Assembly: GCF_963921235.1 (NCBI RefSeq)
Contig: NC_086109.1
Span: forward strand, 19,098,001-19,162,000
Origin: Mobula hypostoma
Lineage: Eukaryota
DNA length: 64,000 nucleotides
Direction: 5' to 3'
Under the pieces are notes generated by a model that saw only the letters and a list, made by a program, of their open reading frames with translations, was not told where the DNA came from and did not search any database. Positions 38,583 to 51,340 of the stretch are shown piece after piece (position 1 is the first letter of the stretch; each line of letters opens with the position of its first letter). The position numbers and the translations under genes are program-made.

Positions 38583-38805
38583 TGTTATGTTTTGTAACTC
38601 TAAAACTAATATAAAGAAAAGCATGGGATAAACATGCATGTTTAATTTCATTTTAATGAGCCGTGCACTATGACATGATGCCGTAATGACGTATGCCATT
38701 CACATACTTTTACATATAACCTGTAATGAATTATGTAAGCAACAAAGAATGCTTAATTGAACAACATATTTACAATATTACTGAAACATTAACTACACAA
38801 ATACA
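38583..38805 (-). repeat. 5' LTR of the Gypsy element
   Basis: Minus strand tgtgtagttaat...aaaacataaca, followed by a decayed PBS-like gtgacgatg; homologous to 59283-59522 and 60914-61561. Confidence 0.75.
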
Positions 38806-38965
38806 CTCTCAAATATTTAATGCACATTCTGATTTTTTTTTACAATGTAACATCAGCAATCCCTACTATGACTTTTCTTCTCAAGATACAAATGCCTCCA
38901 ACTCCCTTGTTTTGTTGCAGACACGGTGTGCATTATGTATAGACAGTTTAATCCATTTTAGTACA
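38806..38965 (-). mobile_element. Ancient CR1 endonuclease N-terminus (host of the Gypsy insertion)
   Basis: Minus strand, allowing frameshifts: LNCLY.NAHRVCNKTRELEAF...IVGIA...LNI, matching the CR1 APE start CLY.NARS..NK..EL....IVGI.E...LNI.GY. Confidence 0.65.
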
Positions 38966-39739
38966 ATTTCATTTCACATTATAGTGTATAATCTTATGTC
39001 AGATTTCTGTTCTATATCCCTTAACATCAATGTGTTCTCTGACTTTCTCATTTCCAGGTTTGTTTATTGTTAGGCTGTTTCCATTCCTTGAACATCTTTC
39101 CAATTATGATGTTTGGTGTGCATTGTCATTATTCATTACATCATCGCTCTTAATGCTGTGGATAGCGAACTGTACCTAATGGACAGGACCAGTATCTATG
39201 CCCCCCCCGCCCCTTCATCTTGTAAATCCCTGCTGCTTGGAACCCGGCTAAACTTCTCTCAGCCTAAATCTGAGTCTGAAATTCCACCCTCTCCGGTGTA
39301 TGTCAGTGTTTCCAACGTTACAACTCAATAGTCCTAAGTTGGAACGACCCAATAAGGAGACCCCTACTGCAGAGGTGCTTGCTTAGGACCCTCATCACTA
39401 TCCATATTCTCCAACATACTGTAACCTAGGCACAAAAACTGCCCTACTAAACCTTTGGGCAAGTCTTACTTTAATGCCTTAAATTAGTTAAATTAAGTAT
39501 ATAATAATCCAAGCTATGCCTTCTAACTCCCAATTTAAAATGGTACCCTAGTTTAGAGGGGGGAAATCTTACATATACACCAGGGAGTAAATGACCCATT
39601 ACTCCCTGCTATTTTCCTTGGAAATGCACCATGGGGGAAAGTCTCACTACTGCTGGTGTCTCCAATCAGATCAGCACTCTTCCCCTTTTGATTTATACTT
39701 CACAACTGTTGGTATCTCCTCCCACTTTTGCATCCGGGG

Positions 39740-40010
39740 TCTCACCTAGCGCAATCGCTTTACAGGGCCGGCGACCACTGATCAGTGTTCGATTCCCGCC
39801 ACCGTGTGTGAGGAGTTTGAAAACTCTGCCCATGGCTGCGTGCCGTGGATTCCTCGGGGTGCTTCAATTTCCCCCCACGTCCAAAGACGCACGGGTTAGG
39901 GTTAGTAAGTTGCATGCATGCTATGTTCGCGCCAAAAACGTGGTGACACTTGTGGGCTGTGCTCTGCACATCTCTCACTGAGTTGATATAATGCAAGTGA
40001 CACATTTCAC
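39740..40010 (+). mobile_element. tRNA-derived V-SINE-like element
   Basis: B-box-like gttcgattccc; V-domain-like ttcctcggggtgcttcaatttccccccacgtccaaagacg. Confidence 0.7.
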
Positions 40011-40014
40011 TCTA

Positions 40015-40857
40015 TTCAAGATTCAAAGACTCAAAGTATGTTTATTATCAAACTATGCATGCAGTATACAACCCTGAAATATGCCTTCCCCACGGACAGT
40101 CATGAAACAAAGAAGAGCAGTCAACCAACCCATTCAAAAAACATTAAGCATCAAAACCCTCCCCAAGCGCAAAAAAAATCACGCAGACTGCAAAAAAAAG
40201 AGTGAAAACACGGAACATGAAAACACAAAATCAAAAGGCATATTTCAGTTCAGTTCAGCTCAGTGTTCATTACCTGCAGGCTACCTTGATTCAAAACTCG
40301 CCCAAAAGGAGTAACAAAAAAGAGCGACGTACACGATAAACCTGAGAGTCCAAATCTACAAACCGCATTGATTAAAACTTGTTGCAACACCATGGAGGGA
40401 GAGGGACAGAGATCACTCGAATGTATGGACCTCCCTTTGGCAGTAGTGAGAGCAAGATCATCACACAGAGACATTTTCTCTGACACATGCAAGCTGGAGG
40501 CTGATAGACAATTCAAGACACTGGCTCACTTTCTGCACCCGGCCTCGATGATTTCAATTTTCCTCGGCACTTTAATCGATGAGATCGGCGAGAGACAGAG
40601 TTGATCGTGGGCCTGCGACCCGTCTCCTGGCTTCCTGACCTCCACACCTCAAACTTTGGTTGCAGCTTCATTGAACACTCTTGGAGACAACAAAGCGCCA
40701 GATCACCTGATTGGCCTGAAATCACATAGCCAGGATGTAGATTACAGGCTCTAACTGTAGCAGAATCATATCTCAAATAAAAAGAAGTGAAAAGAATTGC
40801 TTTGTGACTCATCCTGAGGACGCCGCCTTTCGTAGCGTCGTTCGCTGGCACCATCTT
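40015..40857 (-). mobile_element. Unclassified non-autonomous retroelement (AAGATGG start)
   Basis: Minus strand starts aagatggtgccagcgaacgacg; ends aataaacatactttgagtctttgaatcttgaa; inserted into the tail of the preceding SINE. Confidence 0.55.
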
Positions 40858-41169
40858 TGTGTTTTGACATTTTCAATGTACGCGTGACGAATAAAGCTAA
40901 CCTTTCCAATTTTCTCTTTATTTGATAGCCTTATGATGATGGAGGCAGGTGTAAAGGACACAGCCCTGAAAAACTCTCGCAGCAATGTTCTGAAGGCAAG
41001 ATTATCTTCCCATCACCATCGTTTGTGTGAGGTATGCATCCAACCATTGGCGTGCTTTCTATCTGGTGCACTTCCCTTGCAAATTTACATGGGCACATTG
41101 ATGATACACACAGTGAAAGCCACCTTGTTGTCAATTACTTGGAAAACCATCATGGAGAGTTCCACAGTA

Positions 41170-41660
41170 ACATACACACAAAAAGCTAGAGGAACTCAGC
41201 AGATCAGACAATATGTATGGAGGGTAATAAGCATCCAACATTGCAGGCCAAGATACTTCATTGGTATGGAAAAGCAAGAAGTAAGAAGTCAGAATAGGAA
41301 GGTGGAGGGAGGGAAGGAGTACAAGCTGGCAGGTGATAGCTGAAACCAGGTAACGGTAAGGTGGGCGGGTGGTTAGCTGATGGATGGAAGAGGTAAAGGT
41401 GGGGAGAAGAAGAACTCGACAAGGAGAGGACAGTGGACCATGGAAGAAAGGGAAGGAGAAGGGGCACCAGAGGGAGGTGATGGGCAGGTGAGTATAAGAG
41501 AAGGGGTAAGAGGGGAGCCAGAAAAGGGAATGGAAAAAAGAGAGAGTGGGGAAAAATGAATGGAGAAAGAAAGAAGGAGACTGCTGTCTAACCTGTTGAG
41601 TTTCTCCAGCGTTTTGTGTGTGTTACCCTGGACTTCCAGCATCTGCTGAGTCTCTTGTAG
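41170..41660 (-). mobile_element. Penelope-like 3' end with an inverted terminal copy
   Basis: acacacaaaaagctagaggaactcagcag... and ...ctgttgagtttctccagcgttttgtgtgtgtt. Confidence 0.75.
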
Positions 41661-43629
41661 TTGTGGGATGTTCCACCACTGCCAGTGTTTCCATTCAGGT
41701 TGGTGCTCTTCTTCTGCCGTTTTATGCCCTGCTGCTGCTTTACTCTGGAACTAAGCTGTGATGCATGCATGGAGCAATGCAGCGAGTGCAATCCGTAGTT
41801 GAGTGGCCCTGGTGAAACACAAACTGTTGTCACTGAGCAAGCTACAAGTGAGGCGATGCTGATTAGTAATTTTACCAAGCTGTGACAGCTCCCACAAAGG
41901 CTAATTTATCATGTTGCATGGGCCTAAAGAAATTGGTAAGATTAGTCTTGGCGCACAGACTTGGTGTTTCCACCTGTTTTACCCACCTGAATTTACAAAT
42001 ACATTACATATACCCTGATGAAGTTATTTGTCAAGGCAACTATACAAATCCCAAATTGTTTATTGACCTTGTTCTCCACAACCTCCACCTTGCTTAGATT
42101 GTGAGTTTAGTGAGTTAATTTCTTGTAGGCTCGCATTTCTACCAGTCTCTTATCAGTCTGCTCAAAATACGGAGTCAACCTGTTTAATTGCTATTCTGTT
42201 TAGCTGCAACATTATGCTTGAAAAGGAGAATACTTAACACACTAGAAATAGATTCAGTAGTAACTTTCACAAGGAAACCACAAAATATACAGGGAATTAC
42301 AAGGGAAAGTAGAGGGAAGGAGAAATTATTATGAGATGCTTTCAAAGATTTAGCTCAGGCACAATGGTTATCTCCTGCCTTGTATGATTCATGCAGTCCA
42401 AACATCAATTTTGAAATGAAGTATCAATAAGAGTACAAATAATCTAAATATATCACAACCTTAATTCCAAATCTAATGGTGAATACAGCACCTTATTTCC
42501 TCACTGTTAATATAGTTGATTCACCTATTATACAGGAGGAGATTCAGTGAGCTGAATGACCTAATCGTCCTCTTGTGTTTTATATCTTATGGACCTTGAA
42601 CTATGACCTTGAACTTGATCCTAAGCACCTCCTATACCAGTCTGTATGATCAGATAATGGAACCTTTGTGCTTCTCAATTCTAGATTCCATTTGATCCTC
42701 AATCTTTTCCCCTCAGTTATGGGCTGCTTATAAAATAAACTCTCTCCCTTTCTCAAATGAACACTTCATTCAAGCTGTCAATATGACACGGAGAAAGACC
42801 ATGGAGAAAATAATGCAGGAATGGTTTCGCATGTCTCACTAATTGGGCCAACAGAGGAACAGGGAGAGGCCAACTCACCCCTTGAGCCTGCCTTGCAATT
42901 CCATCAAGTCAAGGTTGAACAATATTTTAACTTTACAAACCTAACTCCATCCTGTTCCCCTTACTAACTTTGCTAGCAATATTCTACCAAGTTCAGTTTT
43001 GGCACTTTATATCAGACTCATCGCTGAATAGTTCCTCAAGAAATTTCCAGATTTTCACTTTCTCTTATACAGTGTGATGATTGGCAGTCACTCTCTATGG
43101 TTGGCCGTTTCCAGTGGATACTCCCTGAAGAAGACCAAACCACTGTGAGGGTACTGACAGGGGATGTTATGGAAATTCTGAGGTTTGTGTGATTATTCGT
43201 GTAGATTCCAGTTCATATTGTTCTCCTACAGTTTTCTGCATCTTCTTTCTTGTTGCTGATTAGCAAGTTGGGGGTTGGTGGTTGTGGTTCGATGTTTTTG
43301 TTGCCATTTGCCAGGTGGGCGATATGTTAGTTTTTTTGTACAAGGGAAGGGGTTGAGGTTTTTTTTGGGGTTTGGTGCTCTTGCTGCTGTCTCTTTTCAT
43401 GTGGGCGATATGTTAGTTTTTTTTTGTGAGGGAGGGGGTTGGAGGGTCTGAGGTTTGATGTCCTAGATGCTATTTTCCATGTGGGTGATCAGTTAGTTTT
43501 TGTGCAAGGGAAGGGGAGGTGGGATTGGAATTTGTGAGTTTTTGTTTCTTATTCTTTTGTGTGTGTGTGTGCATTGGGGGGGGGGGAGGTTGATGTCCTT
43601 TCTTTTAGACCAGCATGTTTTTTCTTATT

Positions 43630-44250
43630 TTTTTAGATTATGAAGACACGTAGTCCCCTTTTATTGTCATTTGGTAATTCATGCATTAAGAAATGACACA
43701 TTATTTCCTCCGGTGTGATATCACAAAACACAGGACAAACCAAGACTGGAAAAACTGACAAAACCACATAATTATACGTATAGTTACAACAGTGCACAAT
43801 ACCATAAGTTGATGAAGAAAGTCCGTGAGCACAGTAAAGTTCAAAGTTTCTCAAATGCCCCACATCTCACGCAGACGGGAGAGGGGAGAAAAACTCTCCC
43901 TGCCATGCCGACCACAATCCGACTCTGAGTCATCTGAAAACTTTGAGCTCTGATCAGCTCTCCGACACCGAGTACTGAGCGGCATCTCTACCGAAAGGTT
44001 CGACCTCCTTCTTGGTCACCAAAAGCAGGCAAGGCCGCGGATTTTGAGGCCTACCCTCCGAAAAATTCCCGACCACACAGTAATGACAGTAGCGGACGGG
44101 CGTTTTAGAAATTTCTCTAGATGTTCCTCTGTGATTTCACGTCCAATCTCCATCAAATCAGAATTGTCCACGGTCCCTATTTAACAGATACGATATCATT
44201 TTTCACCGGAGAGCTGCGCACATGCAGGCGTGCTGCCATCTTCTCCTCCT
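43630..44250 (-). mobile_element. Young unclassified non-autonomous retroelement nested in an older T/G-rich repeat (~43090-44340)
   Basis: Minus strand starts ggaggagaagatggcagc; CpG-rich; ends aataaaaggggactacgtgtcttcataatctaaa. Confidence 0.6.
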
Positions 44251-44814
44251 GCCTATTTCCGTGGCTATCTGGAGAAGGCAAATCTCAGGGTTGTATTTTG
44301 CATACCTACTGTAATAATAACATAAACTTTGAACCTTTGATGTCTCCTGACATCACCCAGAGCAACTTGGCCCTACCGCCTTCCTCTGGACACCCCCATC
44401 TCACCAGAGAATTTACCTTCTAACTCTGTTGGATACTGTAAACAACTCCATTAGATTGCTGAATGGTCATAAGGAATATTGAGCCTCTCGGCTGCCTGCC
44501 CAGTTTAACTGGCCAAGAAAAGATTTCATCAAGAAAACACAGATTATCTTTCTTGCTCCTTGTTTCAAATAATGATTGCACATATTTACTGACTAAATAT
44601 TGTGCTCATATCATAGAGTCATACAGCATGGAAAAAGGCATTTTGGCCCAAATGGTTCATGTTGTTCAATTTGTCCATCCAAGCTAGTCCCATTTGGCCC
44701 ATAACCTTCTAAACCTTTCCCTTACACACACATGTCCAATCCATTTTTAAAATATTAGTATTTGTCTATGAGTCGTTGACATTTGATGAGTTGATATTTG
44801 TTTATGATGTCTTT

Positions 44815-46170
44815 TAGAAACATAGAAACATAGAAAATAGGTGCAGGAGTAGGCCATTCGGCCCTTCGAGCCTGCACCGCCATTTATTATGATCATGGCT
44901 GATCATCCAACTCAGAACCCAGCCTTCCCTCCATACCCCCTGACCCCTGTAGCCACAAGGGCCATATCTAACTTCCTTTTAAACATAGCTAATGAACTGG
45001 CCTCAACAGTTTGCTGTGGCAGAGAATTCCACAGATTCACCACTCTCTGTGTGAAGAAGTTTTTCCTAATCTCGGTCCTAAAAGGCTTCCCCTCTATCCT
45101 CAAACTGTGACCCCTCGTTCTGGACCTCCCCAACATCGGGAACAATCTTCCCGCATCTAGCCTGTCCAATCCCTTTAGGATCTTATACGTTTCAATCAGA
45201 TCCCCCCTCAATCTTCTAAATTCCAACGAGTACAAGCCCAGTTCATCCAGTCTTTCTTCATATGAAAGACCTGCCATCCCAGGAATCAATCTGGTGAACC
45301 TTCTTTGTACTCCCTCTATGGCAAAGATGTCTTTCCTCAGATTAGGGGACCAAAACTGCACACAATACTCCAGGTGTGGTCTCACCAAGGCCTTGTACAA
45401 CTGCAGTAGTACCTCCCTGCTCCTGTACTCGAATCCTCTCGCTATAAATGCCAGCATACCGTTCGCCTTTTTCACCGCCTGCTGTACCTGCATGCCCACT
45501 TTCAATGACTGGTGTATAATGACACCCAGGTCTCGTTGCACCTCCCCTTTTCCTAATCGGCCACCATTCAGATAATAATCTGTTTTCCTATTTTTGCCAC
45601 CAAAGTGGATAACTTCACATTTATCCACATTAAATTGCATCTGCCATGAGTTTGCCCACTCACCCAACCTATCCAAGTCACCCTGCATCCTCTTAGCATC
45701 CTCCTCACTGCTAACACTGCCACCCAGCTTCGTGTCATCCGCAAACTTGGAGATGCTGCATTTAATTCCCTCATCCAAGTCATTAATATATATTGTAAAC
45801 AACTGGGGTCCCAGCACTGAGCCTTGCGGTACCCCACTAGTCACCGCCTGCCATTCTGAAAAGGTCCCGTTTATTCCCACTCTTTGCTTCCTGTCTGCTA
45901 ACCAATTCTCCACCCACACCAATACCTTACCCCCAATACCGTGTGCTTTAAGTTTGCACACTAATCTCCTGTGTGGGACCTTGTCAAAAGCCTTTTGAAA
46001 ATCCAAATATACCACATCCACTGGTTCTCCCCTATCCACTCTACTAGTTACATCCTCAAAAAATTCTATGAGATTCGTCAGACATGATTTTCCTTTCACA
46101 AATCCATGCTGACTTTGTCCGATCATTTCACCGCTTTCCAAATGTGCTGTTATCACATCCTTGATAACTT
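44815..46170 (-). mobile_element. Young 5'-truncated CR1 LINE
   Basis: Uninterrupted RT ORF with 3' UTR and (TTTCTATG)n tail at 44815-44836. Confidence 0.95.
44912..46156 (-). CDS. CR1 ORF2 reverse transcriptase, C-terminal 414 aa (5'-truncated)
   Basis: QHGFVKGKSCLTNL, YLDFQKAFDKVPH, GVPQGSVLGP, KFADDTKL, RPHLEYCVQFWSP. Confidence 0.9.
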   Translation of the reverse strand: MITAHLESGEMIGQSQHGFVKGKSCLTNLIEFFEDVTSRVDRGEPVDVVYLDFQKAFDKVPHRRLVCKLKAHGIGGKVLVWVENWLADRKQRVGINGTFSEWQAVTSGVPQGSVLGPQLFTIYINDLDEGIKCSISKFADDTKLGGSVSSEEDAKRMQGDLDRLGEWANSWQMQFNVDKCEVIHFGGKNRKTDYYLNGGRLGKGEVQRDLGVIIHQSLKVGMQVQQAVKKANGMLAFIARGFEYRSREVLLQLYKALVRPHLEYCVQFWSPNLRKDIFAIEGVQRRFTRLIPGMAGLSYEERLDELGLYSLEFRRLRGDLIETYKILKGLDRLDAGRLFPMLGRSRTRGHSLRIEGKPFRTEIRKNFFTQRVVNLWNSLPQQTVEASSLAMFKRKLDMALVATGVRGYGGKAGF

Positions 46171-46574
46171 TGATACTTCAGTAAAAGCTACTGCCTGCCA
46201 GAGATGAAGGGAAAGAGTTGGAGATAGAAGAAAACCCATCCACACACAGAATTTCAATCAGGTAATAAAAGAGACAGTAAAGCTGGGATTACGATTGCGG
46301 CATCAGTATGGGGTCCTCATATTTTCTGCCCTTCAAGTTCAACAAATTGCATTTACACATATCACCTTTAATGTATCAAAGAAACCACAGGAGCTTCAGA
46401 AATACAGCTGTTGAATTATGATTGTCACATGAAATGTATGGATGGGTGGCGTAAAGATTGGTCTGAAAGGTAACTCTTTAAGATGTAGAAGCATCTTAAA
46501 AAAGAATAGAGTACACCGATGAGGAAAAGTTAGACATTAGGACTTAATTCCTTGAAGGCATGGTTACCAATATC

Positions 46575-47280
46575 AGAATCGTAGAGTCATGGAAACCTAT
46601 AGCACAGAAACAGGCCCTTTGGCCCATCTAGTGTGTGCTGAACCATTTAAACTGCCCAGATCCATTGACCTGCACCTGGACCACTGTCCTCCATACCTCT
46701 CCCATCTATGTACCTTCCATACTTCTCTTAAACATTGCAATCAAAATCGCATCCACCACTGGTGCTGGTAGCTCGTTGCAACACTCTCACCACTCTCTGA
46801 ATGAAGGCGTTTCTCCTCTTTTCCCCTTAAACCTCCTCACCCAACCTCAATGGACAAAAAAACTCTTGCATTTACTTAATCTATATTCCTATTAATTTTG
46901 TATATTTCTATCAAATCTTCCCTCAATCTTTTACATTCTAGAGAATAAAGTTCTAACCTAGTCAATCTTTCCTGATAGCTCAGGTCCTCCAGTCCCAGAA
47001 AAATCATTGTAAGATTTCTCTGCATTCTTTTTATTTACATTTTTCCTGTAGGTAGGTGACCGAAACTGCTTGCAATACTCCAAATCGGGCCTCACCAATA
47101 TCTTATACAACTTCCACATAACATTCCAAATCCTGTACTCGATACTTCGATCTACGAAGGCCAATGTGCCAAAAACTTTCTTTATGATCCCATCTACCTG
47201 AGATGCCACTTTCCAGGAACTATGGATCTGTATTCCCAGATCCCTTTGTTCTACCACATTCCTCAGTGCCCTAACCTTTA
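46575..47280 (-). mobile_element. CR1 3' fragment (decayed)
   Basis: ALRNVVEQRDLGIQIHSS...LVRPDLEYCKQFRSPTYRK. Confidence 0.85.
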
Positions 47281-48069
47281 TGAATGATACAAAGGCAGGA
47301 CGTGTTAAGAGATCAGAATTAGGGGTGCACAAAAAAAAAATCCATGTTTTAGGCCGGAGGATGTTAAAGGTTGATAAAATGTTTAAATGAGTGTTTGTAA
47401 TGGTTCTCCGACTGGGAAAATTTAAATGACTCCAGCATTTATGATTAGTCTCAACATCTTTTTCTGCTACTCGTAAATCGTTCAAAAAGAGTCATTGTAA
47501 TGCAATATAAATTTATGAGTTTAGGTACAATATGGCTTGTATTTTCCAGAAAATGTTCTCTCTGAAGCAGACTGATAAATTGATTCAATTGCCCTTCCAC
47601 GTAATATTGTCTTCAATGTTAATAATCTTATTCTGTTTACAAAAATCACATCTAATAAAATTATTTTATTAAAAAGCTTGTTCATTTGCTCCATCAGTGG
47701 ATTATGAGGAAATAAGATTGAGCTCACTGGATACTACTCGGGGAAAAAAACCTGAACAGATGTTGAATCATCTTGATCTAGACTTAATTTTGCAAGAGTT
47801 CACAGAACATACGTTTCCCTTTTCCTCAGCAATAATGAAAAATGCCTGAGCCTTTAGAGAGTTTTATCTGGCGCATTAAATAAAACCCTGTCAACTGAAT
47901 GATGCAGTCATTTAGCATTGGAACAGAGAGAGCAAATAGGTGCATCTTGGAAAATGCAGGATGTGTATACAGAATTGCATCAACACTTCCATTCAATATG
48001 GAGCTGACATGTGGTCTCCATCAAGGTTGCAGCTGAAATTTTGTGCTTTTAAAGCTTTTTTTAGGATTG

Positions 48070-48360
48070 CTCGTTCGCTCATTATGTGCCATATAGTATG
48101 ACATATGTAACCATGGTCTTTCCATGACCACGATTGTTCTTGTCAAATTTTTCTGCAGAAGAGGTTAGCCATTGCCTTCTTCTGGGCAGTGTCTTTACAA
48201 GATGGGTGACCCCCCCCCCCAACCATTATCAGTACTCTTCAGAGATTGTCTGCCTATCGTCATTGTTGGCATAACCAAGGTTTGCAATATGCACCAGCTG
48301 TTCATACGACCTGCTTCTGTGGATTCACGTGAGCCCCCCTCCCCCCGATTGGGGGGCTAG
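48070..48360 (-). mobile_element. RTE/BovB-tailed SINE-like element (second copy)
   Basis: Homologous to 25530-25890. Confidence 0.6.
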
Positions 48361-48429
48361 GATGGTAGGGATGGTTTTGGGGATAGAAAGAGGAGTTAGG
48401 GGTCAAGTTAGAGTTTAGAGACAGGGATT

Positions 48430-49115
48430 GGGGGAATTAGAGGACAGGCCAGAGCCTAAGCCACTGCTCTGCATTCAAAGGCCAGCGACAAGGAAGTGGT
48501 GAGATGCCAGCCTGGCAGACCGGCAAAGGCGAGGGCTGATGGTATCCCACTCCCAGTAAGCAAGTTGTTGGCATGTTCTGGGATCAGAGTTTTATCTGTG
48601 CAGGAGGCACAAGGGCCTTAGGTATGCAAAATGGTGATACCAGAGTTCATGGCCGAATGTTCGGGTCCCATCACTGGCGAGTCAAGTGTTTGAGGCCTGG
48701 AGTCTTCAATCATCATCATCAGTGAGTCCTGAGTTGACACCGAAGATTGAAGTCCAGGTCATTTGCCCAAAGGTTGTTTGAAAGTCCAGAAGTTGAAGGC
48801 GAATGGCCAGTGCCCCAAGATTGCAAATCTCCGTGAGTTGAAGGCTCAGTGTCTGAAAATCCACGACTCCGCTGGAGGCTGTGAATGTGCAGTGGGAGGG
48901 AAGGAGGAATGGGGCTTGTTTTATTATTGTTGTTTTGTCACTTGTTGTGCCCTGTGTTGTTCTGCTGAGTACCGTGGGTATGCTATGTTGGTGCCAGAAT
49001 ATGTAGCAACACTTGTGGGCTGCCCCCAGCACAACCCTGGGTACGTTGGTTGATAACATAAATGACGCATTTTGTTGCATGCAGGTATGATAAATAAATC
49101 CAAATCTGAATATGA
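48430..49115 (+). mobile_element. Unclassified dispersed repeat with degenerate gaagtcc units
   Basis: Shares its 3' region (ctatgttgg...cttgtgggctgcccccagcac...aataaat...tctgaat) with 54180-54430, 63350-63940 and 39920-40010. Confidence 0.55.
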
Positions 49116-49714
49116 ATGCGGAACGGCTGTACCAGAGCTCAACCAGAGCTCCCAATGGCACCTTGGGGCACTGCAGAATAGTAATTCTACCTAATCGTCT
49201 CTTTGTTTTTGGATTAAAATCCAGGTCTTTAGTGATGGAACAAAACTGCATAGACATGCTATGTTGGCACCTGGTCCTTTGTCCTGTCTGTAACAATCAC
49301 ATCTTGTCGGCTGTAAGGGGTGAGGTGATGGGGGTGGGGGAGGAGGTTGTGAGAGTAGGGGCCATTCTTTGAAACTGACCATGACAACACTAGGGATATA
49401 GCTGCCTTTCTAAAGTATCATCTATTCTTGATCACTGCACTAAAATCAGTGAGTTCTCATTAAAACTAATATCTTGGAATCAACTTCTGCTCCAGTATCT
49501 CTGCAGGTTCCTCACAAAGTTGAAAAGATGAATTTATACTTTCTCCTCTTCCCAATGTTCTGCTCTGTACTGGAGAGACAAAGAGAACACATAGTATAGA
49601 AATGAGCATTCAGCCCAACTAATGCATGCTGGAATGTACGGCCAACTTCAGCCTCATCCCATTCTTTCATCCAGCATTCTATCCATCCATCTATCTAACT
49701 ATCTATATCTAGTT

Positions 49715-49955
49715 AGAGATACAGAAGAGTAACAGGATCTTCCAACCCAATGGTTTCTGTGCTGCCCAATTGCACCCATGTATCTAATTAAGCTACTAAC
49801 CCACAGATCTTGAAATGTGGGAGGAAACGGGAGTACCGGAGGAAGCACACGCAGTCATGGGGAGAACGTTACGCACTCCATTCAAACAGTATTGGGATTG
49901 AGCCCCGATCTGTGGCGTTGTAATAGCATTGCTTTAACCACTATGGCACTGTGCT
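49715..49955 (-). mobile_element. V-SINE-like element
   Basis: tgtgggaggaaacgggagtaccggaggaagcacacgcagtcatggggagaacgt is the reverse complement of the V-domain. Confidence 0.75.
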
Positions 49956-50404
49956 TCACCTAATTATATTGGCCATATCTGCTTGTCCATTGCTTATCTA
50001 GCTTTCTCTTAAATGCATCTGTAGATTCATCTCAGATACTCCCTGTAACAATGATCTCCACCTTCTCTTTGGTCTCAGAATTCCTTCTGAATGCCTGCTA
50101 CATTGATTGGGGCTTTCTTGTATTGACACCATCTCACTTTGGCCTATTGTAAGTGGAAGGACTTTGTCTACTCCATCAAAGCCTTTCATGGTCTGTAAGA
50201 ACATAATCGGAGCTGGATGAGACCATTCGGTCCTACAGGTCAGTCAGATCACAGATGATCTGCCCCAGTCCAGCACCAGTTCCCCAAAAGCACTCAACTC
50301 TCCAATCTTTCAAAAATGTATCAACTTCCTCTTTAAATACCACCAGTTTATCCAGCTTCTACAATGCTTCAGGAAAGAGAATTTCAGACGTTCATCACAA
50401 TAAG

Positions 50405-50660
50405 ATGCATGGTTGTGTAGCACTTAGTGTAACACTATTACAGTGCCAGTGATCCTGGTTCAAATCCCGCCACTGTCTGTGAGGACTTTATACACTTTCC
50501 CCATGACCACATAGGTTTCCTCCAGGTGCTCTGATTTCCTCCCATATTCCAAAGATATACAGGTTAGTAGGTTAATTAGTCACATAGATTTAATTGGGCA
50601 ACGTGGACCTGTCAGCTGAAAGGACCTGTTAATGTGCGGTATCTCTAAATAAGATTAAAA
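50405..50660 (+). mobile_element. V-SINE-like element
   Basis: B-box ggttcaaatccc; gtttcctccaggtgctctgatttcctcccatattccaaaga. Confidence 0.75.
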
Positions 50661-51029
50661 ATAAATCTGTAAGAAGTCCAAACACATCTCAGATTTAAGT
50701 GAAGAGCCCTTAATCTCATAACTGTGTCCTTGTCTGAGGTTTTGCTTTCAGTGGGAACATGTTAGCATCTATCCTGTCATGTCCTCTAAGTATCTTATAT
50801 AGTTCAATAAGAAAATTATAAGGTCTTATTTTGAACAAGAGAAAATCTTCAGATGCTGGAAATCCAAGCAACACACATAAGATGCTGGAGGAACTCAGCA
50901 GGCCTGGCAGCATCTAGGGAAAAAAGTATAGCTGACGTTTCAGGCCAAAACCCTTTGGCAAATCTTACTTTGATCTTATATGTTACTATAGGATCACACT
51001 TAATTCTTCTTCGGTTATCCCTTTAAGAG

Positions 51030-51340
51030 AAGAAGGAGTCTAGAACCGGAGGACACCATTTCAGAAAACAACGACGTCCCACTAGAACAGATGGGAATGA
51101 GGAAGAATTTCATTAGCCAGAGACTGGTGAATCTGTGGAGTTGTTGTGGTGATCAAGTCATTGGGTTTATTTAGTGGGGAGGTTGATAGGTTCTTGATTA
51201 ATAACAGCATCAAAGCTTATGGAGGAAAAGCAGGAGAATGGGTTTAGGAAGGATAATAAATCAGTCATGATGGAATGGTGGAGCAGACCCAATAGGCTGA
51301 GATCTAATTCTGCTCCTATATTTTATGGTCTTATGGATTC
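51030..51340 (+). mobile_element. CR1 3' end
   Basis: gagtctagaaccggaggacac...atgaggaagaatttcattagccagagactggtgaatctgtgg...tatggtcttatgg tail. Confidence 0.75.

Larger units (their letters stand above)
32262..38805 (-). mobile_element. Ty3/Gypsy LTR retrotransposon (gag-PR-RT-RH-IN, decayed), 3' end deleted, with two nested LINE-type insertions
   Basis: Gag ...ALRHCLVCGI...IQKQLLTEA, zinc knuckle CRKCGKVGYIDRAC; protease MELDTGSTVSVIP (~37500); RNase H AEKNYAYSEREG...FTLITDHQPL; integrase DFGGPFMGTNFLVIVDAA. Confidence 0.9.

Noticed and set aside
45294..45998. Plus-strand ORFs of 93 and 134 aa
   Set aside because: Antisense shadows of CR1 RT.
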